Source of the DNA: Eledone cirrhosa
Lineage: Eukaryota
Reading direction: 5' to 3'
DNA: 64,000 bases
Assembly (NCBI GenBank): GCA_964016885.1
Contig: OZ024745.1
Location: forward strand, 131,130,001 to 131,194,000
The position numbers and the translations under genes are program-made. The notes under the pieces were generated by a model. The model was not told where the DNA came from and searched no databases. It saw only the letters and a list, made by a program, of their open reading frames with translations. Positions 39,424 through 51,287 of the stretch are shown piece by piece. Position 1 is the stretch's first letter; every line of letters begins with the position of its first letter.

Positions 39424-39855
39424 TGCCCAAATAATATCGATATAAGAATTATATCGACATTAATAGATTAGTGATGGTCTCCCTCAGCGCTAAGAAGAGA
39501 CTGGTAGATTAGAAAATCCAGCAGTCCTCTCAAAGATAAAATACACGCTGTCCCCAAAAGGGTAACGGGAGGTCATCTTAAAATAAAACAATATACACGC
39601 TGGTCATTTAAACCTGTTAGGTATTAACCACGTGTATAAGAACTCAATTGGATATTAAGAGAAAAACCATATGTATACACAACCAAAGCACACACAGAGA
39701 TATTAAAACATAATAAATACATGCATGGATCCCCCATATACACACACAGCCATTCTCTAAGGCTAAATCAGACATGGGATACAAGGAAGATCAATCAGTA
39801 TTTCATATAAAAAATAATAATAATAAAGAGTCATACCTTATATCTGGAAATCATA

Positions 39856-39906
<51 letters not shown>

Positions 39907-39939
39907 ATATATGTATATATATATATATATATATACATA

Positions 39940-39988
<49 letters not shown>

Positions 39989-40249
39989 GTCCAAACCCAT
40001 GCAAGCGTGGAACACGGACGTTAAACGTTGATGATGATGATGATATATATAAAGAAAGATATCTATCTATCTGTCTATATATCTGTCTGTCTATATATCT
40101 TCCTTCCTCACTGTATATCTATCTTTCTGTTTCTGTCACATGGAATCTTTCTCTATAATAAATTCAAAATGAATAAATAAACAAATAAAAGCTAGAATTG
40201 TAATATTATTTATTTTATTAATTTATTCATTCCTTTATTTATTTTCAAG

Positions 40250-40322
40250 TATTGGCTCCCGTCATTTTGAAGGTCTGGAATCTAGGCCAGTCTCTGGAAC
40301 CAGACTCTCTCCTATCAACAAT
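40250..40322 (+). CDS. ARMC2: ARMC2 coding exon 2
   Basis: aag|T ATT..AAT|gtaagt; SIGSRHFEGLESRPVSGTRLSPINN matches recalled FESSDSRPISGTRL. Confidence 0.9.
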
Positions 40323-40559
40323 GTAAGTAAAAAGAGAAAAAAAACCAACAAGCAAATAAAAAATAAGTTACTTACATCTATTCCTTCTTATATTAGTAGA
40401 AGATATAATCTGAAGTTTTTATAACAACAATGAAGAATCTATTCCATAAAACTAGAGATCCCTTAATAAACAGAAATTTGCTTTGCCTTAGGATACTTTA
40501 AGCAAAAGAGACAATGATAAAAGTATTTTTTTAAAGATTTATTAAAATATTTTAAAAAA

Positions 40560-42065
40560 GCGCTTATCCCACACCGTAAAGTGGTCATGTTGGTGTCACA
40601 ATAAAAAGCACTCAGCCCACAGTGTAAAGTGGTCATGTTGGTGTCACAATAAAAAGCACTCAGCCCACAGTGTAAAGTGGTCATGTTGGTGTCACAATAA
40701 AAAGCACCCAGCCCACACCATAAAGTGGTCATGTTGGTGTCACAATAAAAAGCACTCAGCCCACAGTGTAAAGTGGTCATGTTGGTGTCACAACAAAAAG
40801 CACTCAGCCCACAGTGTAAAGTGGTCATGTTGGTGTCGCAACAAAAAGCACTCAGCCCACACCGTAAAGTGGTCATGTTGGTGTCACAACAAAAAGCACT
40901 CAGCCCACAGTGTAAAGTGGTCATGTAGGTGTCATGACAAAAAGCACCCAGTACACACTGTAAAGTGGTCATGTAGGCGCCATGACAAAAAGCACCCAGC
41001 CCACAGTGTAAAGTGGTCATGTTGGTGTCACAATAAAAAGCACTCAGCCCACAGTGTAAAGTGGTCATGTAGGCGCCATGACAAAAAGCACTCAGCCCAC
41101 AGTGTAAAGTGGTCATGTAGGTGTCGCAATAAAAAGCACTCAGCCCACAGTGTAAAGTGGTCATGTAGGTGTCACAATAAAAAGCACTCAGCCCACAGTG
41201 TAAAGTGGTCATGTTGGTGTCGCAATAAAAAGCACTCAGCCCACACTGTAAAGTGGTCATGTAGGTGTCACAATAAAAAGCACTCAGCCCACAGTGTAAA
41301 GTGGTCATGTAGGTGTCACAATAAAAAGCACTCAGCCCACACTGTAAAGTGGTCATGTAGGTGTCACAATAAAAAGCACTCAGCCCACAGTGTAAAGTGG
41401 TCATGTAGGTGTCACAATAAAAAGCACTCAGCCCACACTGTAAAGTGGTCATGTAGGTGTCACAATAAAAAGCACTCAGCCCACAGTGTAAAGTGGTCAT
41501 GTAGGTGTCACAATAAAAAGCACTCAGCCCACAGTGTAAAGTGGTCATGTAGGTGTCACAATAAAAAGCACTCAGCCCACAGTGTAAAGTGGTCATGTTG
41601 GTGTCGCAATAAAAAGCACTCAGCCCACACCGTAAAGTGGTCATGTAGGTGTCGCAATAAAAAGCACTCAGCCCACAGTGTAAAGTGGTCATGTTAGTGT
41701 CACAATAAAAAGCACTCAGCCCACAGTGTAAAGTGGTCATGTAGGTGTCACAATAAAAAGCACTCAGCCCACAGTGTAAAGTGGTCATGTTGGTGTCGCA
41801 ATAAAAAGCACTCAGCCCACAGTGTAAAGTGGTCATGTAGGTGTCACAATAAAAAGCACTCAGCCCACAGTGTAAAGTGGTCATGTTGGTGTCGCAATAA
41901 AAAGCACTCAGCCCACAGTGTAAAGTGGTCATGTTGGTGTCGCAATAAAAAGCACTCAGCCCACACCGTAAAGTGGTCATGTAGGTGTCATGACAAAAAG
42001 CACTCAGCCCACACCGTAAAGTGGTCATGTTGGTGTCATGACAAAAAGCCACCAGCACACACTGT
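40560..42065 (+). repeat. 48-bp minisatellite (~31 copies) expanded from the same RTE/SINE 3' module
   Basis: Unit cacagtgtaaagtggtcatgtaggtgtcacaataaaaagcactcagcc; followed by the retroposon tail and (GAT)n to ~42196. Confidence 0.93.
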
Positions 42066-43154
42066 AAATGTGGTTGGTGTTAGGAAGGGCATCCAGCCAT
42101 AGAAACCAAGCCAAAATCAGTTCTGTATGAGAGAACAGGATAGCTTATCTAACCCAAGCTAGTATGGATGTTAAACAGTGATGATGATGATGATGAATGT
42201 CTGCATGTGTGTGCGTTTGTAATACAATTTTGATTATACGTATAATTGAAACTGCATTACAAACATATGTGTTTGTTGTGTGAGTATGTTGTGTGTGTAT
42301 GTATGCATGTTGTGTGTGCGCATGTATGCAGATACCCATCTTTTTCCATTCAGTGGGTTCATATGCCCTGTTATTATTAGACTGTTTTATAGGCGGTGGA
42401 TTGGCAGAACCGGTAGAGGGTCGGACGCCATGCTCTCTGAGTTCAAATCCCACCGAGGTTAACTTTGCCTTTCATCCTTACGGGGTCGATAAAATAAAGT
42501 ACCAGTAATGCACTGGGTAATTGCTGGCCTTGTGCCAAAAGTAGAAACAATTATTAGACTGTTTTATATTTATTTAGTCAACATTATAGTGAAATCTTAT
42601 ATATATGTGAGAAGATTAAATAGACAAAATTTTTCTTCAAAGTCCTGACTACTGCAGTTTCTCTGACTGGCGTGCAGCTAAAGTGCAATTAAAGTGCACT
42701 GAAGGTGCAAGGTTATGGCTTGTCAAGAGACTCCCTCAGTGTAAGGACCAATTCTCGAACTGATCACTCCCAGTGACATTATTGAAAGGGAAAATTGCCA
42801 CATGGTTTTATGGTTTTCTCTATTTGCTCTTCACGCTTAGATTAAGTTTCTATCTTAGTAATGATATGATAAATAATTTTCGCAAACTCCTCAAAATTAT
42901 TCATTAATTAATTAAAATAGAGTGTATTTCACTAGAAATATGCTAATGAAAGGGTTAATGTTTGATTTGGTCAATAATAACCTATCCAACCCATACCTAG
43001 ATGATATAAAATAATAACAATAATATCATGTGAGAGATGAGATACTATCAATATTTTAATTATTAGGAACTGATGATAATTATTGAAAATATATTTTTTT
43101 AATGGTCCTTTTGTTTTATTGTTTGAATTTTAAAACCTTGAAATACTATTGCAG

Positions 43155-43287
43155 CCTCCTGCTTTAAACACTGAATCAGAACCAAAATTCTTACCTCCAA
43201 AACCACCTCCTGAAGAGTGTAAACATTCCAATCATAAGAATATTCGTCCTCACACTAAACTAGTTCAGCCAGGCTCTGAAGGATCAG
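43155..43287 (+). CDS. ARMC2: ARMC2 coding exon 3
   Basis: cag|CCT..TCA G|gtgag; FLPPKPPP matches recalled FPKPP; phase 0 to 1. Confidence 0.8.
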
Positions 43288-43398
43288 GTGAGAAATGTTG
43301 ATAATATATATGAAATGTTGCTCTGCTGCTGCTGTTCTTCTTCTTCTTCTTCTTCTTTTTCTTTTTTGTTTTTCTTCTTCTTCTTCTTCTTCTTCTTC

Positions 43399-43474
43399 TT
43401 CTTCTTCTTGGTGAACCAACAAACCTAAATATATATATATATATTTAGGTTTGTTGGTTCACCAAGAAGAAGAA
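43399..43474. repeat. 76-bp perfect palindrome centred on (TA)n
   Basis: ttcttcttcttggtgaaccaacaaacctaaa(ta)n tttaggtttgttggttcaccaagaagaagaa. Confidence 0.9.
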
Positions 43475-43924
43475 TATATATATATTAAAATATATATATA
43501 TAAAAGTTTCAGAAGATCCCGTTAAGGGTGAAAGCAGCGATTCTTTACTTAAACTTTAATCTGTTATTTTAATAAATATTTGCTCTAGGGTTCTTATATT
43601 TTTTATATATATTTATCCTTATCGAGCCCTCTTTGGAATTTAGTCTTCAAATTTATTATTATTACTATATATATATATATAAATGAAAATATAGAAATTA
43701 ATGTGAGCAAGAAGCCAACAGTATTTCATAATAAGTGACTATAACGTCAAAATGGAAAATATTTAACGTAAGATATGGGAAAATAATTCAAACTCAATTA
43801 AAAAAAAATCAAGACAGAGATTTTATCCACAGATTTTGTGAAATCCAGGGAAAAAAACCAATAGAGTCTTAACTCAGAATAAAAAGTTTAAATACTCATC
43901 CTTCAATTTGGAAAAACTACAAAT

Positions 43925-44005
43925 GCTCTATATAGTCTTAAAAAGACTATTTCACGAAACTTTTCAGTGGGGTTAGTCACTGTTGGAGTCGTTCATCAGT
44001 AGAGC
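43925..44005 (-). ncRNA. Complete type I hammerhead ribozyme motif with 7-bp stem III
   Basis: GCUCUA-CUGAUGA-ACGA..CAGUG/CACUG..UCGU-GAAA-UAGUCUU-UUU-AAGACUA-UA-UAGAGC. Confidence 0.85.
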
Positions 44006-44059
44006 TCAACACGATAACCAAAAGCCACTCCTAAAAATTGTCAGAAAGGGAATTTAAAA

Positions 44060-44270
44060 GCAGGCTAGTTCACCTTGTGCGGAATTATGAAAATAAACAC
44101 ACAGGGAGAACATGGCTGGTGACGTCAGAATGAGACGAATGTCTGTTTACAAGAAACAGCAGTCAATACATTCCAAAAAAAACTCTACAAAAATGTATGG
44201 AGTTCAGCATATAGCAATATTACATATGATAGAATTTTATTGTATTTTTTTTCTATATTTTTACATTAAA
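44060..44270 (+). mobile_element. Possible Penelope-like GIY-YIG endonuclease remnant
   Basis: Degenerate ...TG.T...RRMSVYKKQ resembling R.RM..H..Q; adjacent to the hammerhead. Confidence 0.35.
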
Positions 44271-44639
44271 TATTGTATATATATCATCATCATCATCGTT
44301 TTACGTCGATTCTTCCACGCTACGTCTTACATCGATTCTTCCATGAGTTAGACAGGTTGTCCTGTTGTGGGCAATGTTAGGTCGGCTGACCTTGTCTTGC
44401 TCGTACGGGAACTGATTTTGGCTTGATTTCTACAGCTGGATGCCCTTTTAGTGCTCTGCACCTTTTAATGCAGCTGTCATCTTTCATATGCATCACATGT
44501 CCATACCAATGCATCCTCCTCTTCTGCACACAGCATTTGATTCCTCTTTTGCTCAGTCTCTCTCTCAGTTCGTTTATGCTTTGCCATTCGCATCTGTTGA
44601 AAAAGTGTCTGATGCGGTACAACCACAAGTTGAAAGGAG

Positions 44640-45030
44640 TTATATCTAGAGAGAAGGAAGCCTAGTGATTGAGCAAAATACTTTGTCAAAAAAAACAACA
44701 ACCTTAAATTAACTCCAATGAAGAAACCAGGGCATTATCATGGTGCAGCTGTCAGTTTTGCATGGCTTACAGATCCTGTCTCCTATGACGACAACTTCTT
44801 CATAGTACTGTTTTCTAACTGTTTGTATTCATGTTACACAATCACTTGGTAGTCGAAGAAAACAGTCAGCATCACATTGATGTTACTCCACACTTGACCT
44901 GCCTCTTTGGGCCTTGGTGATATTGTATCCCCTGTGATGACTGAGCTTTAGTTTCCAAGTTGTACCCATACACCCACATCTCATCTTCAGTTATCACAGT
45001 ATTCCGGAACTTTGTTGGCAGTATTAGGCA
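44640..45030 (-). mobile_element. Mariner transposase fragment
   Basis: VITEDEMWVYGYNLETKAQSSQ matches the mariner ITGDETWVYGYDPETK motif. Confidence 0.75.
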
Positions 45031-45252
45031 AAATGAAAATGTGATGAGTAAGTACCTCACACACTAGCTTCCTGATATGTCCCCATATTGTCACACACTT
45101 TTTTGAGAGATGCCATCAATATAAAATGTAATCTAGTTTAACCCTTTAGTTACCAACCCAGTCAAAAACTGGTTCTGGTTCTATGAAATAAAACCACCCA
45201 TTTTAATAGGTTCTTATTTAAATTAAAATCTTCCAACATAATTTTATATAAG

Positions 45253-46109
45253 TACGCAGACTAGAGAGGAACGAAGCTTGCATGCTCCGCTGGATGTGTA
45301 ATAGTAATATACGCGAACGGCAAAGCATAAACGAACTAAGGAAAAAATTAGAAATAAGAGGGATCAGATGTTGTTTACTCAAGAGAAGGCTACGTTGGTA
45401 TGGTCACGTGATGCGCATGAAAGACGACAGCTGTATAACAAAGTGCAGGGCAATAAAGATAGACGGTAGCCACGGAGTAGGCAGACCCAGAAAAACCTGG
45501 GACGAGCTGATAAATTCCGACCTCACACACTTACACCTCTCCAAGACAATGTCACTGGACCGAGACTTTTGGCGGTACTCAGTAACAGAGAAGACCCGCG
45601 TTACCTAAATACAAAGTAAAACCTACTACAGTCAGTAGGCATCTCTAACAAAATACACCCCCGTCCCACCACCCCCACCCCATCCACACCGCCCCTTTCA
45701 ATGTAAAGTTATGTTGGTGCCACAAAATCCAGGCCGAAACAAATGAGATCGTGTAGGTGTCACGAAAAAAAAACGCACAGTCCACGCTGTAATGTGACCG
45801 TGTAGGCAACACGGTAAAAACGTCCCAGTCCCACACTGTAAATGTGGTTGGTGTTAGGAAGGGCATCCAGCTGTAGAAAATCTGCCAGACAGTCCACGCT
45901 GTAATGTGGCCGTGTAGGCAACACGGTAAAAACCTCCCAGCCCCACACTGTAAATGTGGTTGGTGTTAGGAAGGGCATCCAACTGTAGAAAACCCGCCAG
46001 ACAGTCCTATGCGAGCAAGACAACCACTCTTGCCTCAAGTGGGAAAACTCCCGTCCAAACCCATGCAACCATGGAACACGGACGTTAAACGATGATGATG
46101 ATGATGATG
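45253..46109 (+). mobile_element. RTE LINE 3' end nested in MITE family B (45138-46235)
   Basis: MLRWMC..RRLRWYGHVMR..GRPRKTW, then 3' UTR ending ggacgttaaac(gat)n. Confidence 0.88.
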
Positions 46110-46260
46110 AACCTTACATTAAGTTACTATCTTACTAATGAAATAATGAATAATTTTAGTAAATCTCTCAAAATTCTTCATTAATTAATTACAACAGTGT
46201 TTATTTCATTATAAATGTGGTCACGAAAGGGTTTATAACTCAAGTCTGTCAAATTTTTAG

Positions 46261-46339
46261 AATCTTCAGAAAAGCTGAAAAGAAAGAAAGAAGCAAAAGA
46301 TGAAAAGGACAGAAACTTAAAAACCGCAGTTTCTCATCA
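46261..46339 (+). CDS. ARMC2: ARMC2 coding exon 4 (poorly conserved linker)
   Basis: tag|AA..CA|gtaagt; open frame, phase 1 to 2. Confidence 0.65.
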
Positions 46340-46679
46340 GTAAGTTGAAGAAATCATTCATATCTGTATTTTGTTCTTTTGATATTTTTCTAATTTGTCA
46401 AGGTTTACTCCTATCTAAACCCTCTTTGGGGTCTTGGTATACACAATCTTTGTGTGTCCATCTCACACCTCCCAGGACATGTCACAGGCCCACCGCCAGT
46501 TTTTGTGGAATGAAATGGTGACTGCAATGTACTTTTCAAATAGGTCCCTCTTCTTAAGGCCTGAATGCATCCCTTGTTAACTTGTGTGAAGGATATTGTG
46601 ATATAGTTCTTTCTCGTTCCTTTTACGATATTGCAGTTTTGGTAGTTTTACTTGCAATAGTCACCAATCTGATACTTTC

Positions 46680-47520
46680 TTTGGAGTAATATTCCTTGAT
46701 AGGGTGCTTAGCTCGGAAACCAGAGTGTCATTCCAGGTAGAGCTGCTACTTCTCTGAATTAAGAGATACGGGCATGGGATTAGAATGCCTCAGGAAAGAA
46801 TTACTGGACAGATTTTACAGGCAAAACCAACTGGCTGGAGACCCAAAGCAAGATGGTTGGATAACATCCATGAGCTTGGCTGGTCTCGTTTTGAGACGAT
46901 TGCTTCTGACAGGACCTGCTGGAAGGAGTGTTTGAGGACTCTTCTTCCACGACCGTCTGGATATTGTCCAACCATCTTGCTCGTGATCTACCCCTGGGTC
47001 TCCTGTCGGTTGGTTTTGCCCATAAAATCTATCCAGTGATTCATTCCTGAGACATTCTAACCACATGCCCATAGTATTGGAGCTGTGATCTCTGACATTA
47101 CTCCAAAGACCATTCTGAGCAACTCCATTTCCGCTGTTTGTATTCACAATCTTATTCTTTTCATCATTACCCAAGATTTGTACCATAGGTACGGGTTGGC
47201 ATAAATACCGAATTGAAGAATGGCTTTTACACACATCTCCTTCTCTTCTGATTACTGAATGCTGAAGCCAACACATTACTGCACCAGCTCCTGCAATTCT
47301 TGCATTTAATTCAGCCTCCTGCCTTCCATCACTCATGAACACAGCCCCGAATACTTCAACTTCTCTACCTGCACCAGCGGAACTCCATTCACATGTAGCG
47401 TGCACTGAGCAGGCTTCCTTGAGAGGATGAGTGTCTCAGTTTTCTCAGCACTGGTTTTCATTCCAGCCATGCAGCACTCAGTGTCAAACCTATCAAGTGT
47501 GAGTGAGTGTTGGAGTGATT
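46680..47520. mobile_element. Two RTE fragments joined tail-to-tail
   Basis: + copy to ~46952, then a - copy covering an overlapping RT C-terminal region (GMKTSAEKTETL..QVEKLKY). Confidence 0.7.
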
Positions 47521-47578
47521 CTAGCAACCTATTGTTGTCTGATTCATGGAATATAATCAATTGCCAATATCTTTACAG

Positions 47579-47637
47579 TGTTGATGACGAACATATCAGC
47601 CAAGATGAAACTAAACAACAGTTATTAAATATTGACA
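47579..47637 (+). CDS. ARMC2: ARMC2 coding exon 5 (linker)
   Basis: cag|T GTT..GAC A|gtaagt; supplies the required phase 2 to 1 bridge. Confidence 0.65.
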
Positions 47638-49346
47638 GTAAGTGGTAATCTATGATATTCTACTTGAGTTTTATATATACACAGTCTATCAAAATGGCGA
47701 TATTTCTCAAACAAATGGCCATATAATCATGTGACAACAATACATGTCTGAAGATACAGTTTTATTCTTTTTTATAACTTTTATAAATTTTTATAAAGTT
47801 ATTTACATATTGATCATTTGTAAAAAAAATTGTAAATAAAATCAGATGATTCTTTTTGGTACACCCTGTATGTGTGTGTGTGTCTAAGATATAATGGAAA
47901 GGGCTGGGCTGAATAATTGACAGAATATTTGCTATTACTATAAGATGTTACTATAAGGGGTGTAGGTGGCAGATTTATCAAAACTTAGTTGATGTCTGTA
48001 AGGACTTGGGCCTAATTTGGGAGCAGACATATGACAGGGGTTGCAAATATACTTGGGCGGAGAGCTCTTGCTGCCCAATGACACAGAAGGACCAAGAGAA
48101 GAAGTTTATGTGTGGTGTTGACAACTCTTTCATACTGCATCATCATCACTGTATTAATGTTTGTATTTCTAAATTGGGATGGCTTAAATGGGATGGCAAC
48201 TCTAAACATACTAAAATTGTATCTGTTATCATGGCAAGGAAGAAAGAGAGAGGGAAGAGGAGAGAGTAAGAGACTGTACACCTAGGGGCAGTGTTTTGGC
48301 TGAGCATTATAGACTGGTTCCATGAAACTGAATGTTCATCATCTTTAACCCTATAGGATTCCCATTACTTTATATTTACTATTGTATTTTCACAGAAAAA
48401 GCTTTATCTCACATAATTATCCCTCGTAATATTGAAAATATGAGATTTTGATATTATTTATTTTGAGAACAATACCTTAATATCAGTATGAGAGACCGAT
48501 TACAACTGGTTTGAACAGAAAGTGAGAGGAATCTGGCTGGATATGGCCGGTTTAAATGTTTATGGGTTAAATTGACTTTTCCATGCTGGCATGCGTGGCT
48601 TACTGGTTACTCGTGAGGTTATTATGTCCTTGAGCAAGACACTTTATTTCACATTACTCCTTCTGCAAGGAGTTGTGATCAGTTGATAGTATCAGCAATA
48701 GAAATTGAGCATTGGGAACATTGTTTCCTTGGTCCGATTTGATGAGTTCCACTGTACTTGGTAAGCAATTGTCGATTGACTCCATCATTTGTCGATTGAC
48801 TCCATCATTTGTCGATTGACTCCATCATTTGTTAGGAGTTTAACATTATAATAGTTAGGTGAATATTTTGTATATTTTGTTTATGTGTTTGTATAAAAGT
48901 AGGCAAACATGTAAATATGTGTACACAAACATATACACACATACACATACATACACACTCAAACATAAACACATAAACATACATACACACACAGAAACAT
49001 ATACACATAAACACATACACATACATACACACACAAACATAAACACGCACACACATACATACATACACACACAAACATAAACACACACACACATACATAC
49101 ACACACACATAAACAGACATACATACACACACAAACATAAACACACACACACATGCATACGCACACATACATACATAAACACACAAACATACACACACAA
49201 ACACACACACGCACACACACACTCACACTCACACTCACACACACACACACACATACAATTATTGTTGTAACTGCATTTCAGTAACCAGAACATTAACCCA
49301 TTACTTACCATATCAGTTAATTTAGACCTGACACTTTCTATTGCAG

Positions 49347-49421
49347 AGATCAATGAAGAGTCCACTTTCTTTAACCAGAACATTAATCCATTACTTGATA
49401 ATTTATTTTATCAGAAAGAAA
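49347..49421 (+). CDS. ARMC2: ARMC2 coding exon 6
   Basis: INEESTFFNQNINPLLDNL resembles recalled EVDEVFWNTRIVPILREL; alternative in-frame acceptor gives a start at 49326. Confidence 0.75.
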
Positions 49422-49822
49422 GTAAGTATCATCATCATCATCATCACCATCATTTTATGTCCACTTTTCCCTGCTTGCAAGGGTTGGACGGGTCCTATTC
49501 AGCACAGCATCTCTCCACCCGTCACGGTCCTTCGTCATCTCCTCGGTGAGTTTCAGCGATCAGAGGTCTGCTCTCACCACCTCTGCTCATGTTTTTCGTG
49601 GTCTACCTCTACTGCGTCTTCCCTCCACTGGGACTTCCTGGCACTTCTTCACCCAGTGGTCATCCTCCATATGCATCACATGTCCATACCATCTCAGCCT
49701 TCTCTCCTGCACACCACAACTTATCCCTCTTATTAATAATAATACTTTCTAATCTAGGCATATGGCCAAAAATTTAGTGGGGAAGGGGAAAATTGATTAT
49801 GGTCTGGTCTGGTCCTGTAACT

Positions 49823-50078
49823 CAGTCATGTCAAACTGAGGGTACCCTTGTAACTCAGTCATGTCAAACTGAGGGTACCCTTGTAACTCAGTCATGTCAA
49901 ACTGAGGGTACCCTTGTAACTCAGTCATGTCAAACTGAGGGTACCCTGACGGCCACATGGGTCACATACAACTCATTTTTTTAATTTTATATTACAAAGA
50001 TAAAAGATGCTTGTGCTGTAAAAACTTTTGTGTGGGCCGTAGGTGTGCTTGCAAAGGGCCACAAGTTTGACATGCCTG
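49823..50078 (+). mobile_element. hAT-like MITE with a tandemly amplified left junction
   Basis: TIRs cagtcatgtcaaact/agtttgacatgcctg; 8-bp TSD ctgtaact. Confidence 0.85.
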
Positions 50079-50389
50079 CTGTAACTCCCAATAGAGTTGT
50101 AAGGGTTCTGTAGTAACATATATTTCTTGGGCATTTTAAACATGGCCGACACCATCTCATCTCCAGGCCTGACTACAGCAGATTTCTTCCAGAGAAGAAT
50201 AGAAAGTGGGAGAGAGGAAGTGAGAAAGAAATATAGAGGAAGAATCGACCCCAGTACTCAACTGGTACTTATTTTATTGAGCTTGAATGGATGAAAGGCA
50301 AATTGTGCTGTATTGTTGTTATGAGATGCAAGTTTTATTTTTGTTGTGAGCGGATAGCACGGGGGCCCAAGCTTTAGGTGTACTTTAAA

Positions 50390-50915
50390 GGTGATGCCAA
50401 CACCATTTGGGTAATGCTGATGGAATATTTTCTACATCATTCAGATTATGTAGAGCTCACGGTGGCGTTGGGGAGAATAGAGTTTGAGCTTTTCTAGTCG
50501 ACCCCAATAGTCAGGGCCTGTCATGCCATCTATTTTTTTTTGTGATTGACCTTTGAGGTGCTTCAATTTTTACGATATTTTGTTTTCTGTGGGGAGAGCA
50601 CAGTGGACAACAGTATTCAAGGTGGGGTCGGGCAAAAGTGGAGAAGAGAAGGATAATGGTGTGGATATCTCTCAACTGGAAAGTTCTGAGAATCCAGGAC
50701 CAGTTTCTGTGGGCCATGTCAACTTTGTTGTTTATATGAGTGGCTCAGCTTATGTTGTTGTCAACAATTACTCCAAAGTCTCTGATGTTGTTGGATGCTA
50801 CGAGAGTTTCACCTGAGGGAAGGGTGTATGAGAGTTTCAGTGCATCCTCTTTTCCAAAGTGGATTATTTTCAAATTTATCCTCGTTCAGCAGCATATTGT
50901 TCTTTTCTACCCATT
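50390..50915 (-). mobile_element. CR1-clade LINE RT fragment
   Basis: ILRTF...LFSTFARPHLEYCCPLCSP. Confidence 0.8.
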
Positions 50916-51111
50916 GGATATATATATATATATAAAGTTCACGTGTTTTTATGTAAATAGATAGAAGATATATCTCATATTACTTTGATTTATGAGATAA
51001 TGACGTTTGATGTCTTCTTGAGTGTAATTAAATGTTAATTAAGCTCACAGGTAGTGTTGATTGTCCTGTCCTTCTGACACCTCATCCTTGTTCATTGTTG
51101 TTTTTATCAAG

Positions 51112-51287
51112 AGAAAGCAGCAGACCAGATATGCTCCACAGCTGAATGTTTATACAATTTACTTGAGAAGGAAAATTTATTTGGTAGAAACTACAAACAG
51201 CGTTCACCCATCTTGAAAGCCGTGTTTAAATTATTGGATTTTGATAATGCATCTGTGTTGCTTTCCTTGGCACAGATTATATTAGCA
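51112..51287 (+). CDS. ARMC2: ARMC2 coding exon 7
   Basis: ICSTAECLYNLLEKENLFG..RSPILKAVFKLLD..LAQIILA|gtaagt. Confidence 0.9.

Noticed and set aside
40463-42058. 531-aa Cys-rich ORF
   Set aside because: 48-bp retroposon-derived minisatellite
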